NCBI GenBank assembly: GCA_945878665.1
Contig: CAMDUN010000008.1
Span: forward strand, 12-64,011
Direction of reading: 5' to 3'
From: an uncultured Clostridia bacterium
GTDB taxonomy: Bacteria > Bacillota > Clostridia > Oscillospirales > Oscillospiraceae
DNA: 64,000 nt
How positions within the stretch are numbered: position 1 is the stretch's first letter; every line of letters starts with the position of its first letter. The notes under the pieces were generated by a model. It saw only the letters and a program-made list of their open reading frames with translations. It was not told where the DNA came from and made no database searches. Of this stretch, positions 21,102 to 30,801 are shown piece by piece. Made by a program: the position numbers and the translations under genes.

Positions 21102-22758
21102 GAAGCTGAAAAAGATCATCATCACCGCCGCCATCGCGGTGGCCGCCTGCGGCGCGGTGTGGGGCGGACTGACCATCGCCCGCAACGCCCAGCGGGGCGA
21201 CGTGAACGTGTACTCCGTCAGCGATTTCGCCATGACCAACTACTGGGGCGACACATCCAGTACCAACGGCATGGTCACAACGGATAAGCTGCAGAAGATC
21301 TACGTATCCTCCACCCAAACGGTGAGCAAGGTCTACGTCACCGAGGGACAGACGGTGAAAAAGGGCGCGAAGCTGTTGAGCTACGACTCCTCCCTGTCCC
21401 AGGCGGAGGTGGAGCGGGCGCAGATCCAGTACGAGCGCCAGTCCGGCAATCTGGAGGACGCCAAGACGGAGTTCAAGCTCCTGCAAAAGGCCAAAAACAA
21501 GGAGGCGCTGCAGCTGGAGCTGAACAAGCTACAGACCCAGCTGGACGCGGAGAAGAAGAAATACGACCAAGATCCCAGCCATCCCTACGACGGTGATAAC
21601 CCGGTGACGGAGGCGCTGCTGGGCACGAAAACGGTGGAGAACAGCTCCGGCGGCAAGGAAACGGTGTACTACTACGCCTGGCCCAGCAAATCCACGCTGT
21701 CGGGTGAGCATCTGCTCACCGACTTCGGCGGACGTTTGCGGGCTACGGAGAGCACCAGCCCGCTGGTGACGAATATCGTCCTGGTGCAGCGCACTGATGA
21801 TAAGATCGGCGGCAGCATCCAGGCCAACTGGGGCGTCAAGGTGACGGATACCTACACGAAGACCGGCGAGACCACCTACAAGGTCACGGTGGACGTGCAG
21901 CTGGTGACGAACCTGCCGGACTACGAAGACCCCGGCCACACCTACAACAGCGAGACCATTCAGAAGCTGGAGCAGCAGGTGGCCCGCGCCCAGGAGCTGA
22001 TGGACAGCTCCATGACCCGGCAGGAGCTGGATGTGGCCATCGGCACGAAGTACAAGGAGATCGGCCAGCTGGAGACCAGCCTGAAGGTCGCCAAGCTGGA
22101 TCTGGAGAAGAAAAAGAGCGAACTGGGCGACGGCAACGTCTACGCCGAGTTCGACGGCACGGTGAAGGCCGTGCGGGACGCCACGGAGGCCTTTAACAGC
22201 GGCGAGGCCGTGGTGGAGCTGTCCGGCGGCGGCGGATATTACGTCACCGGCACGCTCAGCGAGATGGATCTTGGCAGCGTTCAGGTGGGCGACACGGTGC
22301 AGATCAGCAGCTGGCGCACCGGCGTGAACTGCGAGGGCGAGATCGTGTCCATCGACGACTACCCCGCGCAGAACGGCAGCAACTCGGGCGACGGCAACAG
22401 CAACGTGTCCTACTACCCGTTCAAGGTGTTCGTCAGCGAGGACGCCAATCTCCAGCCCAACGACTACGTGGAGATGCAGTATCAGAAAACGGCGGAGGCC
22501 GACAGCGCCGACAGCCTGTATCTGGAGAGCTTCTTCCTCCGCTCCGAGAACGGCAAGAGCTACGTTATGGTACGGGGCGAAAACGACAAACTGGAGAAGC
22601 GCTGGGTGCAGACGGGCCGCGACCTGTGGGGCAGCTACACGCAGATACGGGGCGGCCTGACGCTGGAGGACTACGTGGCCTTCCCCTATGGCCGCGACGT
22701 GGTGGAGGGTGCTCACACCCAGGAGGCCACCGCGGATCAGCTGTATAACGGAATGTAA
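21094..22758 (+). CDS. Second adaptor (membrane fusion-like) subunit
   Basis: N-terminal TM segment, VTEGQTVKKG, coiled coils. GGAGGTG RBS before the GTG at 21094. Confidence 0.75.
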   Translation: MNKKLKKIIITAAIAVAACGAVWGGLTIARNAQRGDVNVYSVSDFAMTNYWGDTSSTNGMVTTDKLQKIYVSSTQTVSKVYVTEGQTVKKGAKLLSYDSSLSQAEVERAQIQYERQSGNLEDAKTEFKLLQKAKNKEALQLELNKLQTQLDAEKKKYDQDPSHPYDGDNPVTEALLGTKTVENSSGGKETVYYYAWPSKSTLSGEHLLTDFGGRLRATESTSPLVTNIVLVQRTDDKIGGSIQANWGVKVTDTYTKTGETTYKVTVDVQLVTNLPDYEDPGHTYNSETIQKLEQQVARAQELMDSSMTRQELDVAIGTKYKEIGQLETSLKVAKLDLEKKKSELGDGNVYAEFDGTVKAVRDATEAFNSGEAVVELSGGGGYYVTGTLSEMDLGSVQVGDTVQISSWRTGVNCEGEIVSIDDYPAQNGSNSGDGNSNVSYYPFKVFVSEDANLQPNDYVEMQYQKTAEADSADSLYLESFFLRSENGKSYVMVRGENDKLEKRWVQTGRDLWGSYTQIRGGLTLEDYVAFPYGRDVVEGAHTQEATADQLYNGM

Positions 22759-22770
22759 GGAGGCGGGACA

Positions 22771-24018
22771 ATGGGTGAAAATATAAATCTCGCCTTTCAG
22801 GGCGTATGGAGTCACAAGCTCCGCTCCTTCCTGACCATGCTGGGCATTATCATCGGCATCGCCGCCATCATCACCATCGTGTCCACCATTCAGGGCACGA
22901 ACGAACAGATCAAGCAGAACCTCATCGGCGCGGGCAATAACGTGGTGCGGGTGCAGCTCATGCAGGACAACTACACCGCCGACCTGGGCTACTCCGCCCT
23001 GCCTGACGGCATTCAGCCCATCACCCGCGAGATGCGATCGGAGATGGAGAAGCTGGACTGCGTGGAGACCGTGTCCCTGTATAACCAGCGCCAGTGGAGC
23101 GACGGCGTGTACGTGGGCAACACCGCGTTCAGCGGTTCGCTGTACGGCGTGGACGAGAACTATCTGTCCGCCGTGGACTATGTGGTCAACTATGGCCGCG
23201 CCTTCACCGCCGGCGATTACGAGAACCGCCGCTGCGTGGCGCTGATAGATGCCAAGACCGCCCAGTCCCTGTTCAAGGGCCGCAACCCCATCGGCGGCAC
23301 GGTGGAGATACAGAGTATGCCCTACACGGTGGTGGGCGTGGTGTCCGCCCGCTCCACCTCCGAGCCGGTCATCAACAGCTATCAGGACTATTGGATGTAC
23401 TCCGGCAACACCTCCGGCACGATGTTCATCCCCGACGTGACCTGGCCGGTGGCCTATCGCTATGACGAGCCCCAGTCCGTAGCCATCCGCGCCACGTCCA
23501 CCAACGACATGACCAAGGCCGGCGACAACGTGGCCAAGTACCTGAACGAGAACGTGATCTCCACGGATACCTTCAAGTACCAGTCCGTTGACCTGCTCCA
23601 GCAGGCCAGCGATTTGCAAAGCCTGTCCGAGGCCACCAACAAGCAGCTCATCTGGATCGCCGCCATCTCCCTGGTGGTGGGCGGCATCGGCGTCATGAAC
23701 ATCATGCTGGTGTCCGTCACGGAGCGCACCCGCGAGATCGGCCTGAAGATCGCCATCGGCGCGCAGCAGAGCCGCATCCTGTGGCAGTTCCTGACGGAGG
23801 CCGCCGTGCTGACCAGCATGGGCGGTATCCTGGGCGTGGCCACAGGCATCGGCCTGGCGGAGATGCTGTCCCACATCATGGGCACGCCGGTGGCCATCAG
23901 CGTCCCGGCCTGCGTCATCGCCGTGGCCTTCTCCATGGTCATCGGCGTGGTGTTCGGCCTTGTCCCGGCCATGAAGGCCTCCAAGCTGAACCCCATCGAG
24001 GCGTTGCGGAGAGAATAA
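22771..24018 (+). CDS. ABC transporter permease (MacB/FtsX type)
   Basis: RSFLTMLGIIIG, GGIGVMNIMLVSVTERTREIG and PIEALR motifs. Confidence 0.93.
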   Translation: MGENINLAFQGVWSHKLRSFLTMLGIIIGIAAIITIVSTIQGTNEQIKQNLIGAGNNVVRVQLMQDNYTADLGYSALPDGIQPITREMRSEMEKLDCVETVSLYNQRQWSDGVYVGNTAFSGSLYGVDENYLSAVDYVVNYGRAFTAGDYENRRCVALIDAKTAQSLFKGRNPIGGTVEIQSMPYTVVGVVSARSTSEPVINSYQDYWMYSGNTSGTMFIPDVTWPVAYRYDEPQSVAIRATSTNDMTKAGDNVAKYLNENVISTDTFKYQSVDLLQQASDLQSLSEATNKQLIWIAAISLVVGGIGVMNIMLVSVTERTREIGLKIAIGAQQSRILWQFLTEAAVLTSMGGILGVATGIGLAEMLSHIMGTPVAISVPACVIAVAFSMVIGVVFGLVPAMKASKLNPIEALRRE

Positions 24019-24026
24019 GCGTATGC

Positions 24027-24063
24027 AAAAAGGAAGACCTGCCGCGGGCAGGTCTTCCTTTTT
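24027..24063. terminator. Bidirectional terminator
   Basis: AAAAAGGAAGACCTGCC-gcg-GGCAGGTCTTCCTTTTT between convergent genes. Confidence 0.85.
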
Positions 24064-24074
24064 GCGTGAGACAC

Positions 24075-24716
24075 TTATGTAAGCTCCTGATACAGCTCGG
24101 CGAAGTTGCTGGTCTCCACGGTGAACAGATAATTCGTCACCGTGCGATCTGCCTTCTCGATATAGAATGCCACGTTGGTATCGGGTTGGCTGAACGCCTC
24201 TATGACCGTGTCATAGTACGCATCATCGACGTATACCCTGTCACCGCCGCAGTACATCGTGCCGCTCATGGAATACTCTGTACCGTCCGCAAGACGCATA
24301 GTGATGTTGTAGGCATCATCATACCGCGAGGAGCTGTTCTTCACCCGATTGTCGCCGCCATACTCATAGAGAGCGAAGCTCAAATCATCGGCATCTACGA
24401 CCGCCAAGACGTTCAGCAACGAATTTTGGGTGGCGCTATTGCTGAATGTGCCAACGAAGGGACCTGTTCTGTTGGCGATAAATTTGTCCTCCGTCGGTTG
24501 TTGAAAATTGTCCACATAGTAGTCGATGACCCAGCGCCCCAGCTTGACGGGCTCTTCGTCTTCAGGTTCGTTGGCCTCGGCGGGGTCAGCGGCCTCTTGT
24601 TGCTGCGCGGCATCATCCACGGCATCGGCGTTTGTCTTGTCGTCTGAAGTGCCGCCGCAGGCACTCAAACCGAGGATCATGACAAGGGTAAGAAGAAAAC
24701 AGACTAATTTTTTCAT
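24075..24716 (-). CDS. Hypothetical lipoprotein
   Basis: Lipobox LGLSAC, acidic linker, AAGGAAG RBS. Visibly lower GC than its neighbours. Confidence 0.75.
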   Translation of the reverse strand: MKKLVCFLLTLVMILGLSACGGTSDDKTNADAVDDAAQQQEAADPAEANEPEDEEPVKLGRWVIDYYVDNFQQPTEDKFIANRTGPFVGTFSNSATQNSLLNVLAVVDADDLSFALYEYGGDNRVKNSSSRYDDAYNITMRLADGTEYSMSGTMYCGGDRVYVDDAYYDTVIEAFSQPDTNVAFYIEKADRTVTNYLFTVETSNFAELYQELT

Positions 24717-24848
24717 CAGAGCATCTTCCTTTCTTTGTGTTACCGACATTGTAACAAGCAAAATGACTTGTGTCAATAGCGTAACGATTGTTTCACAAGG
24801 TTTATGTTGCGGAACTACGCCTCTAAGATATTGACAGAGGTGATGAAA

Positions 24849-25076
24849 GTGCGAAAGGAATACAAGTGCCTGTATGAAAAATTCGGTCTGAACGTTGTTT
24901 TTTACCGTAAGAGGAAAAAGCTCACGCAGCTCCAGCTTGCCGAATTGGTGGACATCGACCGCAGCCACATCAGCGCCATCGAGTTGGGAAATGTGGGCGT
25001 ATCTTTTGACGTGATCTTCAAGCTCTGCGAGGTGCTGGAGATAACGCCAAAGGAGCTGTTTGACTTCCGTGACTGA
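24849..25076 (+). CDS. XRE-family HTH regulator
   Basis: RKRKKLTQLQLAELVDIDRSHISAIELG. GAGGTG RBS before the GTG. Confidence 0.8.
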   Translation: MRKEYKCLYEKFGLNVVFYRKRKKLTQLQLAELVDIDRSHISAIELGNVGVSFDVIFKLCEVLEITPKELFDFRD

Positions 25077-25154
25077 GGGATAAAGGCAATATGATAACAG
25101 AGCCTTGGGCGAGGTAGACCTCCGCCCAAGGCTCTGTTTCTGCGTCCGTTTTCC

Positions 25155-26108
25155 TTATTCGTCCTCGCCCTGGGCGGGCTGGAATACCCGCTGGGCCATG
25201 TCGTTCAGCAGCGCCTCCGATGCGCTGCTGTCCACCGTCAGGCTGTACGCCAGCCCCGGCGCGACATCCTTCCAGATGATGCAGCCCGTGCCGCCCTCAT
25301 CCCAGCACAGCCGGGCGGCGCACCAGCGCACCTGTCCCTCCGCCGTCTTACCGCCGCCGGTGTACCCGGAGATGTCCGGGATGTGCTCCGTCACGTCCAT
25401 CGTGGGCATCATGCGGTAACGCCACGTCTGCCCGTTTTCGCTGAACGCCACCTCCGTCACCGTCTCGCCGTCCAGCTCGAACAGGTCGTAGCCCAGCACC
25501 GCCGCGCCCTCCGGCGCGGTGGGCACGGTGTAGGCCTGGGCGCTCATCATGGAGAAGGCCACCGCCAGCGTGCCGCCGTTGTCATCGGCGGCGCAGTACC
25601 ACTGGATGCCGGCGCTCTCGCTGTACCAGCCCACCGCACCGTCGTCGTAGACCAGCAGCGTCAGGCCGCCCAGCTGCCAGCTGGCGGAGGGCAGCGAGCC
25701 GTCCGGCGCGGGCAGGGGGGAGGCGGTGTAGACCGCGCCATAGCTGTAATCTGCGCCGTCCAGCTCCACGGTGCAGGACGCGGCGGACACCGCGCCGTCC
25801 TCATCCTGCCGCAGGTCGTAGCCCGCCACCAGCGAGGCGTTCTCCGGCAGCGCCAGCGTGGCGCTCAGGGGCTCTGCCGCCGGCACGGCGAAGGCGATAG
25901 GCGGCTCTGCGCCGGTGTCCATAGCGTCCTCAGCCGCTGTGCTGCCGTGCCACGGCTGCCACAGCGCCAACGTCAGCGCCGCCGCGCACAGGCACGCCGC
26001 CAGCGTGCCCCAGCGCCTTGCGGCGGCATGGGGCAGGGGACGCTGGACTTCTTCCAGGTATTTGTCGTCGATGGCGTCCATCCAACGCTTGAACCGTTCC
26101 TCGTTCAC
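25155..26108 (-). CDS. Probable anti-sigma factor / membrane protein
   Basis: MDAIDDKYLEE N-terminus and one TM segment. Overlaps the ECF sigma stop codon. Confidence 0.65.
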   Translation of the reverse strand: MNEERFKRWMDAIDDKYLEEVQRPLPHAAARRWGTLAACLCAAALTLALWQPWHGSTAAEDAMDTGAEPPIAFAVPAAEPLSATLALPENASLVAGYDLRQDEDGAVSAASCTVELDGADYSYGAVYTASPLPAPDGSLPSASWQLGGLTLLVYDDGAVGWYSESAGIQWYCAADDNGGTLAVAFSMMSAQAYTVPTAPEGAAVLGYDLFELDGETVTEVAFSENGQTWRYRMMPTMDVTEHIPDISGYTGGGKTAEGQVRWCAARLCWDEGGTGCIIWKDVAPGLAYSLTVDSSASEALLNDMAQRVFQPAQGEDE

Positions 26109-26659
26109 AGCATCCCCTCCTGTTCCAAAGTTTTCCGAAGCCGCTGCCGGGTGCGGAACAGGGAGGACTTGACCTTTTCCTCTCCCGCGCCGCAGCGCTC
26201 CGCGATCTCCCGTATGCTCTCGCCGTACCAGTACCGCCGGACGAAGAACGCCCGGCTCTGCCGGGTCAGCGTCCCCAAAAAGCCGTTCAGCACCCGCCCG
26301 AAGTCCTGTCGCTCCACGGCGGCCTGAGCCTCGTCCGGGCCGGACAGGCAGCCCTCCAGCTCGTCAAAGGCCAGCGTCAGGTCGCTGCGCCGCTGGGCCG
26401 CCCTGTTGTAATCGCACTTATCCAGCGCCAGCCGCCGGGTGACGGTGGCGATATACGCCGCCAGCGACCGTGGCCGCTCCGGCGGAATGGCGTTCCACAG
26501 CCGCAGCCACACATCGCTGACGCACTCCTCCGCGTCCCGGCTGTCGGGCAGGATGTGCCCTGCCGCGGCCAGACAGCGCTTGCCGTACTTCTGCTGCACG
26601 GCGTCGAGGGCCGCCGGATCGCGGCGGAAAAAGCTCTCTATGATCTGGGCGTCGTCCAT
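26105..26659 (-). CDS. ECF sigma-70 family factor
   Basis: DAEECVSDVWLRLW in region 2 and VKSSLFRTR in region 4. Confidence 0.9.
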   Translation of the reverse strand: MDDAQIIESFFRRDPAALDAVQQKYGKRCLAAAGHILPDSRDAEECVSDVWLRLWNAIPPERPRSLAAYIATVTRRLALDKCDYNRAAQRRSDLTLAFDELEGCLSGPDEAQAAVERQDFGRVLNGFLGTLTRQSRAFFVRRYWYGESIREIAERCGAGEEKVKSSLFRTRQRLRKTLEQEGML

Positions 26660-26734
26660 GGAAGCGTCCCCTTTCTCTGTGTCTCAGGTCTGCCCATCAT
26701 ACCACAGAGAAAGGGGAAAATCTACCTACGCTCT

Positions 26735-27226
26735 TTAGAATTTTGCCAAAAATGCGTCCGGCACGGTGCAGCCCTCCGGCAGCACCTCCAGCACCACATA
26801 GTTGCCGTTGACGGTGACGGTGGAACTGTTCTTCCACATGGCGGCCTCGTCGGGGTACGTGGTGTCGTTGGCCATGCTGTCCACCCGGGCCTGGAAGCTC
26901 TGCCGCACGATCTCCGCGTCGGCGGCGCTCTCCGCCTCCACCATGGACACCTCGCAGGACGTGGCGGTGGGGGAGATGAAGAACACGCCCTGCTTCAGCT
27001 TGGCGTTCTCCAGGCCGGGATAGTAGCTGTTCAGCAGCTCCACGGCGGTCTCCTCCAGCAGCACCGGCGCGTTGTCGCCCAGCTCGTCCTGTACCTGCTT
27101 GATGCCCGCCTCGTACTCCGCCCGCAGGTCTACGGACTGGATGTCGGAGGACTCCTTCTCCTTGCCGCAGGCGGCCAATCCCAACGCCAGCACCAGCGCC
27201 AGGCACAATGTAAACAGTTTTTTCAT
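26735..27226 (-). CDS. Lipoprotein (DUF4358-like)
   Basis: Lipobox LGLAAC and C-terminal VTVNGNYVVL. Confidence 0.65.
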   Translation of the reverse strand: MKKLFTLCLALVLALGLAACGKEKESSDIQSVDLRAEYEAGIKQVQDELGDNAPVLLEETAVELLNSYYPGLENAKLKQGVFFISPTATSCEVSMVEAESAADAEIVRQSFQARVDSMANDTTYPDEAAMWKNSSTVTVNGNYVVLEVLPEGCTVPDAFLAKF

Positions 27227-27306
27227 CGTGATCGCTCCTTTCAGGCGGCAAAACGCCGCTCCTGCCTATACTGACGGCGGGAAGCGGCGCTTCGTTGCGT
27301 ATTCCG

Positions 27307-28227
27307 TTATCGCTCGTGAGGCTGGGGCGCGTTCCACCCCTCCGGGAAGTTTTGCAGCACCCATCGCCGCACGTGGTCGATGAACACCTGCGTGGAGTGG
27401 GACAGCGCGTTTTTGTCCTTGACGCAGATGCCGATGTCCCGGTGGAACACCTTGGGCAGCGTGCTGGCCGCCAGCGGATAGGCGCAGTGATACAGCATCA
27501 GCTCCTCCATAATGCTGATGCCCAGCCCGCCGGACACCATGGCCAGGATGGTCTGATCCTGCTGCACGGTGTACTGCACCTGCGGCTGGATGCCGTAGTG
27601 GTCGAAAATGGCCTGTATCTCGTAGTCGTCCCCCTCGTCCAGCAATATCATGGGATACCGGGCCAGCGCCTCCGGCGGGAAGGGCTGCCGCCCCGCCATG
27701 GGATGATCGCAGGGCAGGATGACCTTCCACTGATCCCGCTGCAAAAGCCAGCAGTCCAGATACTTCTCCGCCGGGGTGGGCAGGGAGATGAACCCGCAGT
27801 CCGCCTTGCCCTGGAGCACCCAGTCGGAGATCTCGTTGTTGAAGTTGGAGGGCAGCAGCTCGAACTCGATGCGGGGATACTGCGCCTGAAACGTTTTCAG
27901 TATCCCCGGCAGCCACTTTTCCGACACGCTGGTGAACGTGGCCACCCGCACAAGGCCCGTCTCCAGTCCCCGCAGGTCCGCCGCGTGCTGCTCCAGCCTG
28001 TGCTGCATGGCGCACATCTCCTCGAAATACGGCATCAGCGCCCGCCCGTCCGCCGTAGGCGTCACGCCGCCGTGACTGCGTACCAGCAGCGTCACACCCA
28101 GCTCCTCCTCCAAAGAGGAGATGGCGTGGCTCACGCCGGACTGGGTGAAATTCATCTCCCGGGCCGCCGCCGTAAAGCTGCCCTTCTCCACTGTTTTCAG
28201 GAATATCTGATACTTGGTCACGCTCAT
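27307..28227 (-). CDS. LysR family regulator
   Basis: SFTAAA..NFTQSGVSHAI HTH plus a substrate-binding domain. Confidence 0.93.
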   Translation of the reverse strand: MSVTKYQIFLKTVEKGSFTAAAREMNFTQSGVSHAISSLEEELGVTLLVRSHGGVTPTADGRALMPYFEEMCAMQHRLEQHAADLRGLETGLVRVATFTSVSEKWLPGILKTFQAQYPRIEFELLPSNFNNEISDWVLQGKADCGFISLPTPAEKYLDCWLLQRDQWKVILPCDHPMAGRQPFPPEALARYPMILLDEGDDYEIQAIFDHYGIQPQVQYTVQQDQTILAMVSGGLGISIMEELMLYHCAYPLAASTLPKVFHRDIGICVKDKNALSHSTQVFIDHVRRWVLQNFPEGWNAPQPHER

Positions 28228-28290
28228 GATGCCGCCTCCCTCTCTTTACAGGTATTCTACCACCCCACCCCGGCAACTGCAAACTTTTTT

Positions 28291-28345
28291 TCATCAAGTT
28301 GATGAAAATGATGCGTTTTACATTTGAGGCGCGCCGTGATACACT
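28291..28345 (+). promoter_or_regulatory. LysR box and promoter of small ORF
   Basis: Palindrome TCATCAAgTTGATGA, then TTTACA-17-TACACT with TG extension. Confidence 0.65.
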
Positions 28346-28386
28346 GTAACCAAGTTAAGGAACTGCCAAGAAAGGAGGCGCTGAAA

Positions 28387-28467
28387 ATGACACTGAACCT
28401 GATCCTGGCCGGTTTGGCCGCGCTGCTGGTGGTGGTGGGTGTTGTCAGCCGTGTGACTGACAAGTAA
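28387..28467 (+). CDS. 26-aa single-pass membrane peptide (not in ORF track)
   Basis: AAAGGAGG RBS, its own promoter, and the hydrophobic sequence MTLNLILAGLAALLVVVGVVSRVTDK. Confidence 0.65.
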   Translation: MTLNLILAGLAALLVVVGVVSRVTDK

Positions 28468-28628
28468 GCACCCCGCATCCTCTCAACGATCTCACAAATT
28501 GGAGTTTTCCCTTGATTCCCCCCTTTTCTCCCCTATGGGGACGCGCCGTCCATTCCCCCGGGCGGCGCGTCCTTGCGTTTTCCGGCAAAATGTGCTATCA
28601 TACATCCCGCTTGCACAGGAGGTGTCCC

Positions 28629-29558
28629 ATGAAACAAGAAAAAATCCATATCCTCAGCCTGCTGGCGGCCCTGGTCGCCTCCGTCATCTTCGGCATGAGC
28701 TTCATGTTCTCCAAGCTGGCGCTGGCCGTGGCCCAGCCCTCGGTGCTGCTGGCCTTCCGCTTTACGCTGGCCGTGGCGGCCATGACGCTGGTCATCGCCG
28801 TCAACGCCCTGGTGGGCAAGCTTCGGGGCAGGAAGCTCTTTGCCTTCGACTTGTGCCACAAGCCTGTGGGCAAGCTGGTGCTGCTGGGCCTTGTGCAGCC
28901 GGTGGCCTATTTCATCTTCGAGAATTACGGCATCCTCTACACGTCCTCCGCCGTGGCCGGCACGATCATCGCCGCCGTGCCCGTGTGCTGCATCCTCATG
29001 GACGTGCTGGTGCTCCACGAGCGCGTCACGGTGCGGCAGGTGCTGTGCGCCCTGGGCGCGGTGGGCGGCGTGGCGCTGATCTCCGTGGGCGGCGCGGTGA
29101 TGATCTCCGCCCTGGGCTTGCTGTTTCTGCTGCTGACCATGCTCAGCGACACGGTGTACTACGGCGTCAGCCATAGCGCCGCCAAGAAGTTTACCCCCTT
29201 CGAGATGACCTACGTCATGTTCCTGGTGGGCATGGTGGTGTTCGTCCCGGTGGCGCTGCTCCAGGCCGGCGGCCTGACCAGCCCCCTCATCCTCCAGCCC
29301 GCCCAAAACGGCGATTTTTGGCTGGCGGTGGTGTATTTGGGCATCCTGTCCTCCGGCGTGGCCTACGGCCTGCTGAACTTTGCCAACAGCCATCTCACCG
29401 TCACCGAGGCGTCCCTGTTCTCCAACGTGACCACCGTGGTGTCGGTGCTGGCCGGCGTGGTGCTGCTGAAGGAGACCTTCTCCCTTTGGCAGGCGCTGGG
29501 CGTGGTGCTGATCCTGGTCTGTGTGTTCGTGGCCAACGTCTCCGGGAAGAAAGAATAA
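28629..29558 (+). CDS. DMT/EamA family transporter
   Basis: About 10 TM segments in two EamA repeats. AGGAGG RBS. Confidence 0.88.
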   Translation: MKQEKIHILSLLAALVASVIFGMSFMFSKLALAVAQPSVLLAFRFTLAVAAMTLVIAVNALVGKLRGRKLFAFDLCHKPVGKLVLLGLVQPVAYFIFENYGILYTSSAVAGTIIAAVPVCCILMDVLVLHERVTVRQVLCALGAVGGVALISVGGAVMISALGLLFLLLTMLSDTVYYGVSHSAAKKFTPFEMTYVMFLVGMVVFVPVALLQAGGLTSPLILQPAQNGDFWLAVVYLGILSSGVAYGLLNFANSHLTVTEASLFSNVTTVVSVLAGVVLLKETFSLWQALGVVLILVCVFVANVSGKKE

Positions 29559-29585
29559 AAAAAGAAGCGGCGCAGCCGCTTCTTT

Positions 29586-29806
29586 CAGCGTGTCGATAAA
29601 CCTCCTCTATACGACAAGCAGTTCATGTACGCAGGGGGAGCTCGAGGGGGCAAAGCCCGCCTCGAATAAGATCAAATGTCGCGCAAAGCCTTGCCTTGCA
29701 AGGCGTGCGTGGAGCGAAGCGACTATTTTCGTGCCGCAAGGCGGCACAAAAATAACGACATTATTTCAGGCTGTCGAAAAAAGCCGGAGGCTTTTTCGAC
29801 AGCCTG
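29586..29806. mobile_element. MITE copy 1 (IS1182-like ends) with duplicated target hairpin
   Basis: Ends CAGCGTGTCGATAAA and TTTTTCGACAGCCTG. Flanked by a 22-bp direct repeat of the terminator hairpin. Confidence 0.75.
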
Positions 29807-29835
29807 AGGAAGCGGCGCAGCCGCTTCTTTTTTTA

Positions 29836-30717
29836 TTATCCCAAATGCCGTTTGAAGTTGCCTACCACCCGGACGCCCTCCTGCACCACGAAGAATGCGT
29901 TGGGGTCGATGTCCCGGATGACCTGCTCCAGCGTGTCGATCTCGTACTTGGACAGGCACACGCACAGCACCTGCACGTCGTCGCCGGTGTACGCGCCCTT
30001 GGCCAGCCAGTACGTCACGCCCCGGTCCAGCTGCTGCATGATGTACTGCGGCAGCGCCGGGTCCTTGGACTTGGTAAAGATCATCAGCTGTACCGACACG
30101 TTCTGCCGGTGCAGCCTGTCCAAAAACAGGTTGCTCAGCACGTTGTAGATGGCGGAGTAGATGGCGGTGGTAGCGTCGAACAGCAGGAAGCACAGCAGGT
30201 ACAGGCACACGTTGAAGGAGATGCAGAACCGCCCCACGGTGAACTTGTTGTTCTTCTTGCTGAGATACAGCCCCAAAATGTCCAGCCCGCCGGTGGAGCA
30301 GCCGCAGGTCAGCACCAGTCCGGCGGAGAAGCCCACCAGAATGCCGCCTATCATGCAGCTTGTCAGCGGGTCGGGGATGATGGGCACGGCGGGGGACGGG
30401 ATCAGTGCCAAAAACACGGAGTTGGACACGGTGCAGACCGCCGCCCTCAGGCAGAACGTCCGCCCCAGCGCCCGGAACGCCAGCAGGAACAGCGGGATGT
30501 TCACAAAGAAATACAGCACGCCCGCCAGGTCGAACCCGGTCTCCACGCCCAGCTTGGAGGCCAGCAGCGTTCGGATGACCTGGCACAGGCCATACGCGCC
30601 GCCGGCGTACAGCCCCTGGGGCACGATAAACACGTTGATGGCCACGCTCATCAGCAGCGAACCCAGCAGTCCGCCCACCAGCCGCAGCCCCTTGTCATGC
30701 ATCAGCTTCGTATACAA
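29836..30717 (-). CDS. YitT family membrane protein
   Basis: STGGLDI and RGVTY..AKGAYTG motifs. Likely TTG start after GGAG, with promoter TTGACA-17-GATAAT at 30786-30758. Confidence 0.85.
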   Translation of the reverse strand: MYTKLMHDKGLRLVGGLLGSLLMSVAINVFIVPQGLYAGGAYGLCQVIRTLLASKLGVETGFDLAGVLYFFVNIPLFLLAFRALGRTFCLRAAVCTVSNSVFLALIPSPAVPIIPDPLTSCMIGGILVGFSAGLVLTCGCSTGGLDILGLYLSKKNNKFTVGRFCISFNVCLYLLCFLLFDATTAIYSAIYNVLSNLFLDRLHRQNVSVQLMIFTKSKDPALPQYIMQQLDRGVTYWLAKGAYTGDDVQVLCVCLSKYEIDTLEQVIRDIDPNAFFVVQEGVRVVGNFKRHLG

Positions 30718-30801
30718 GCGCTTTCGCTCCTCTCTTGTGCGTTGTCCTTGTACCGGCATTATCTCCGCCGGGATGCCGATTGTCAAGGCTTTTTTCATCA
30801 T

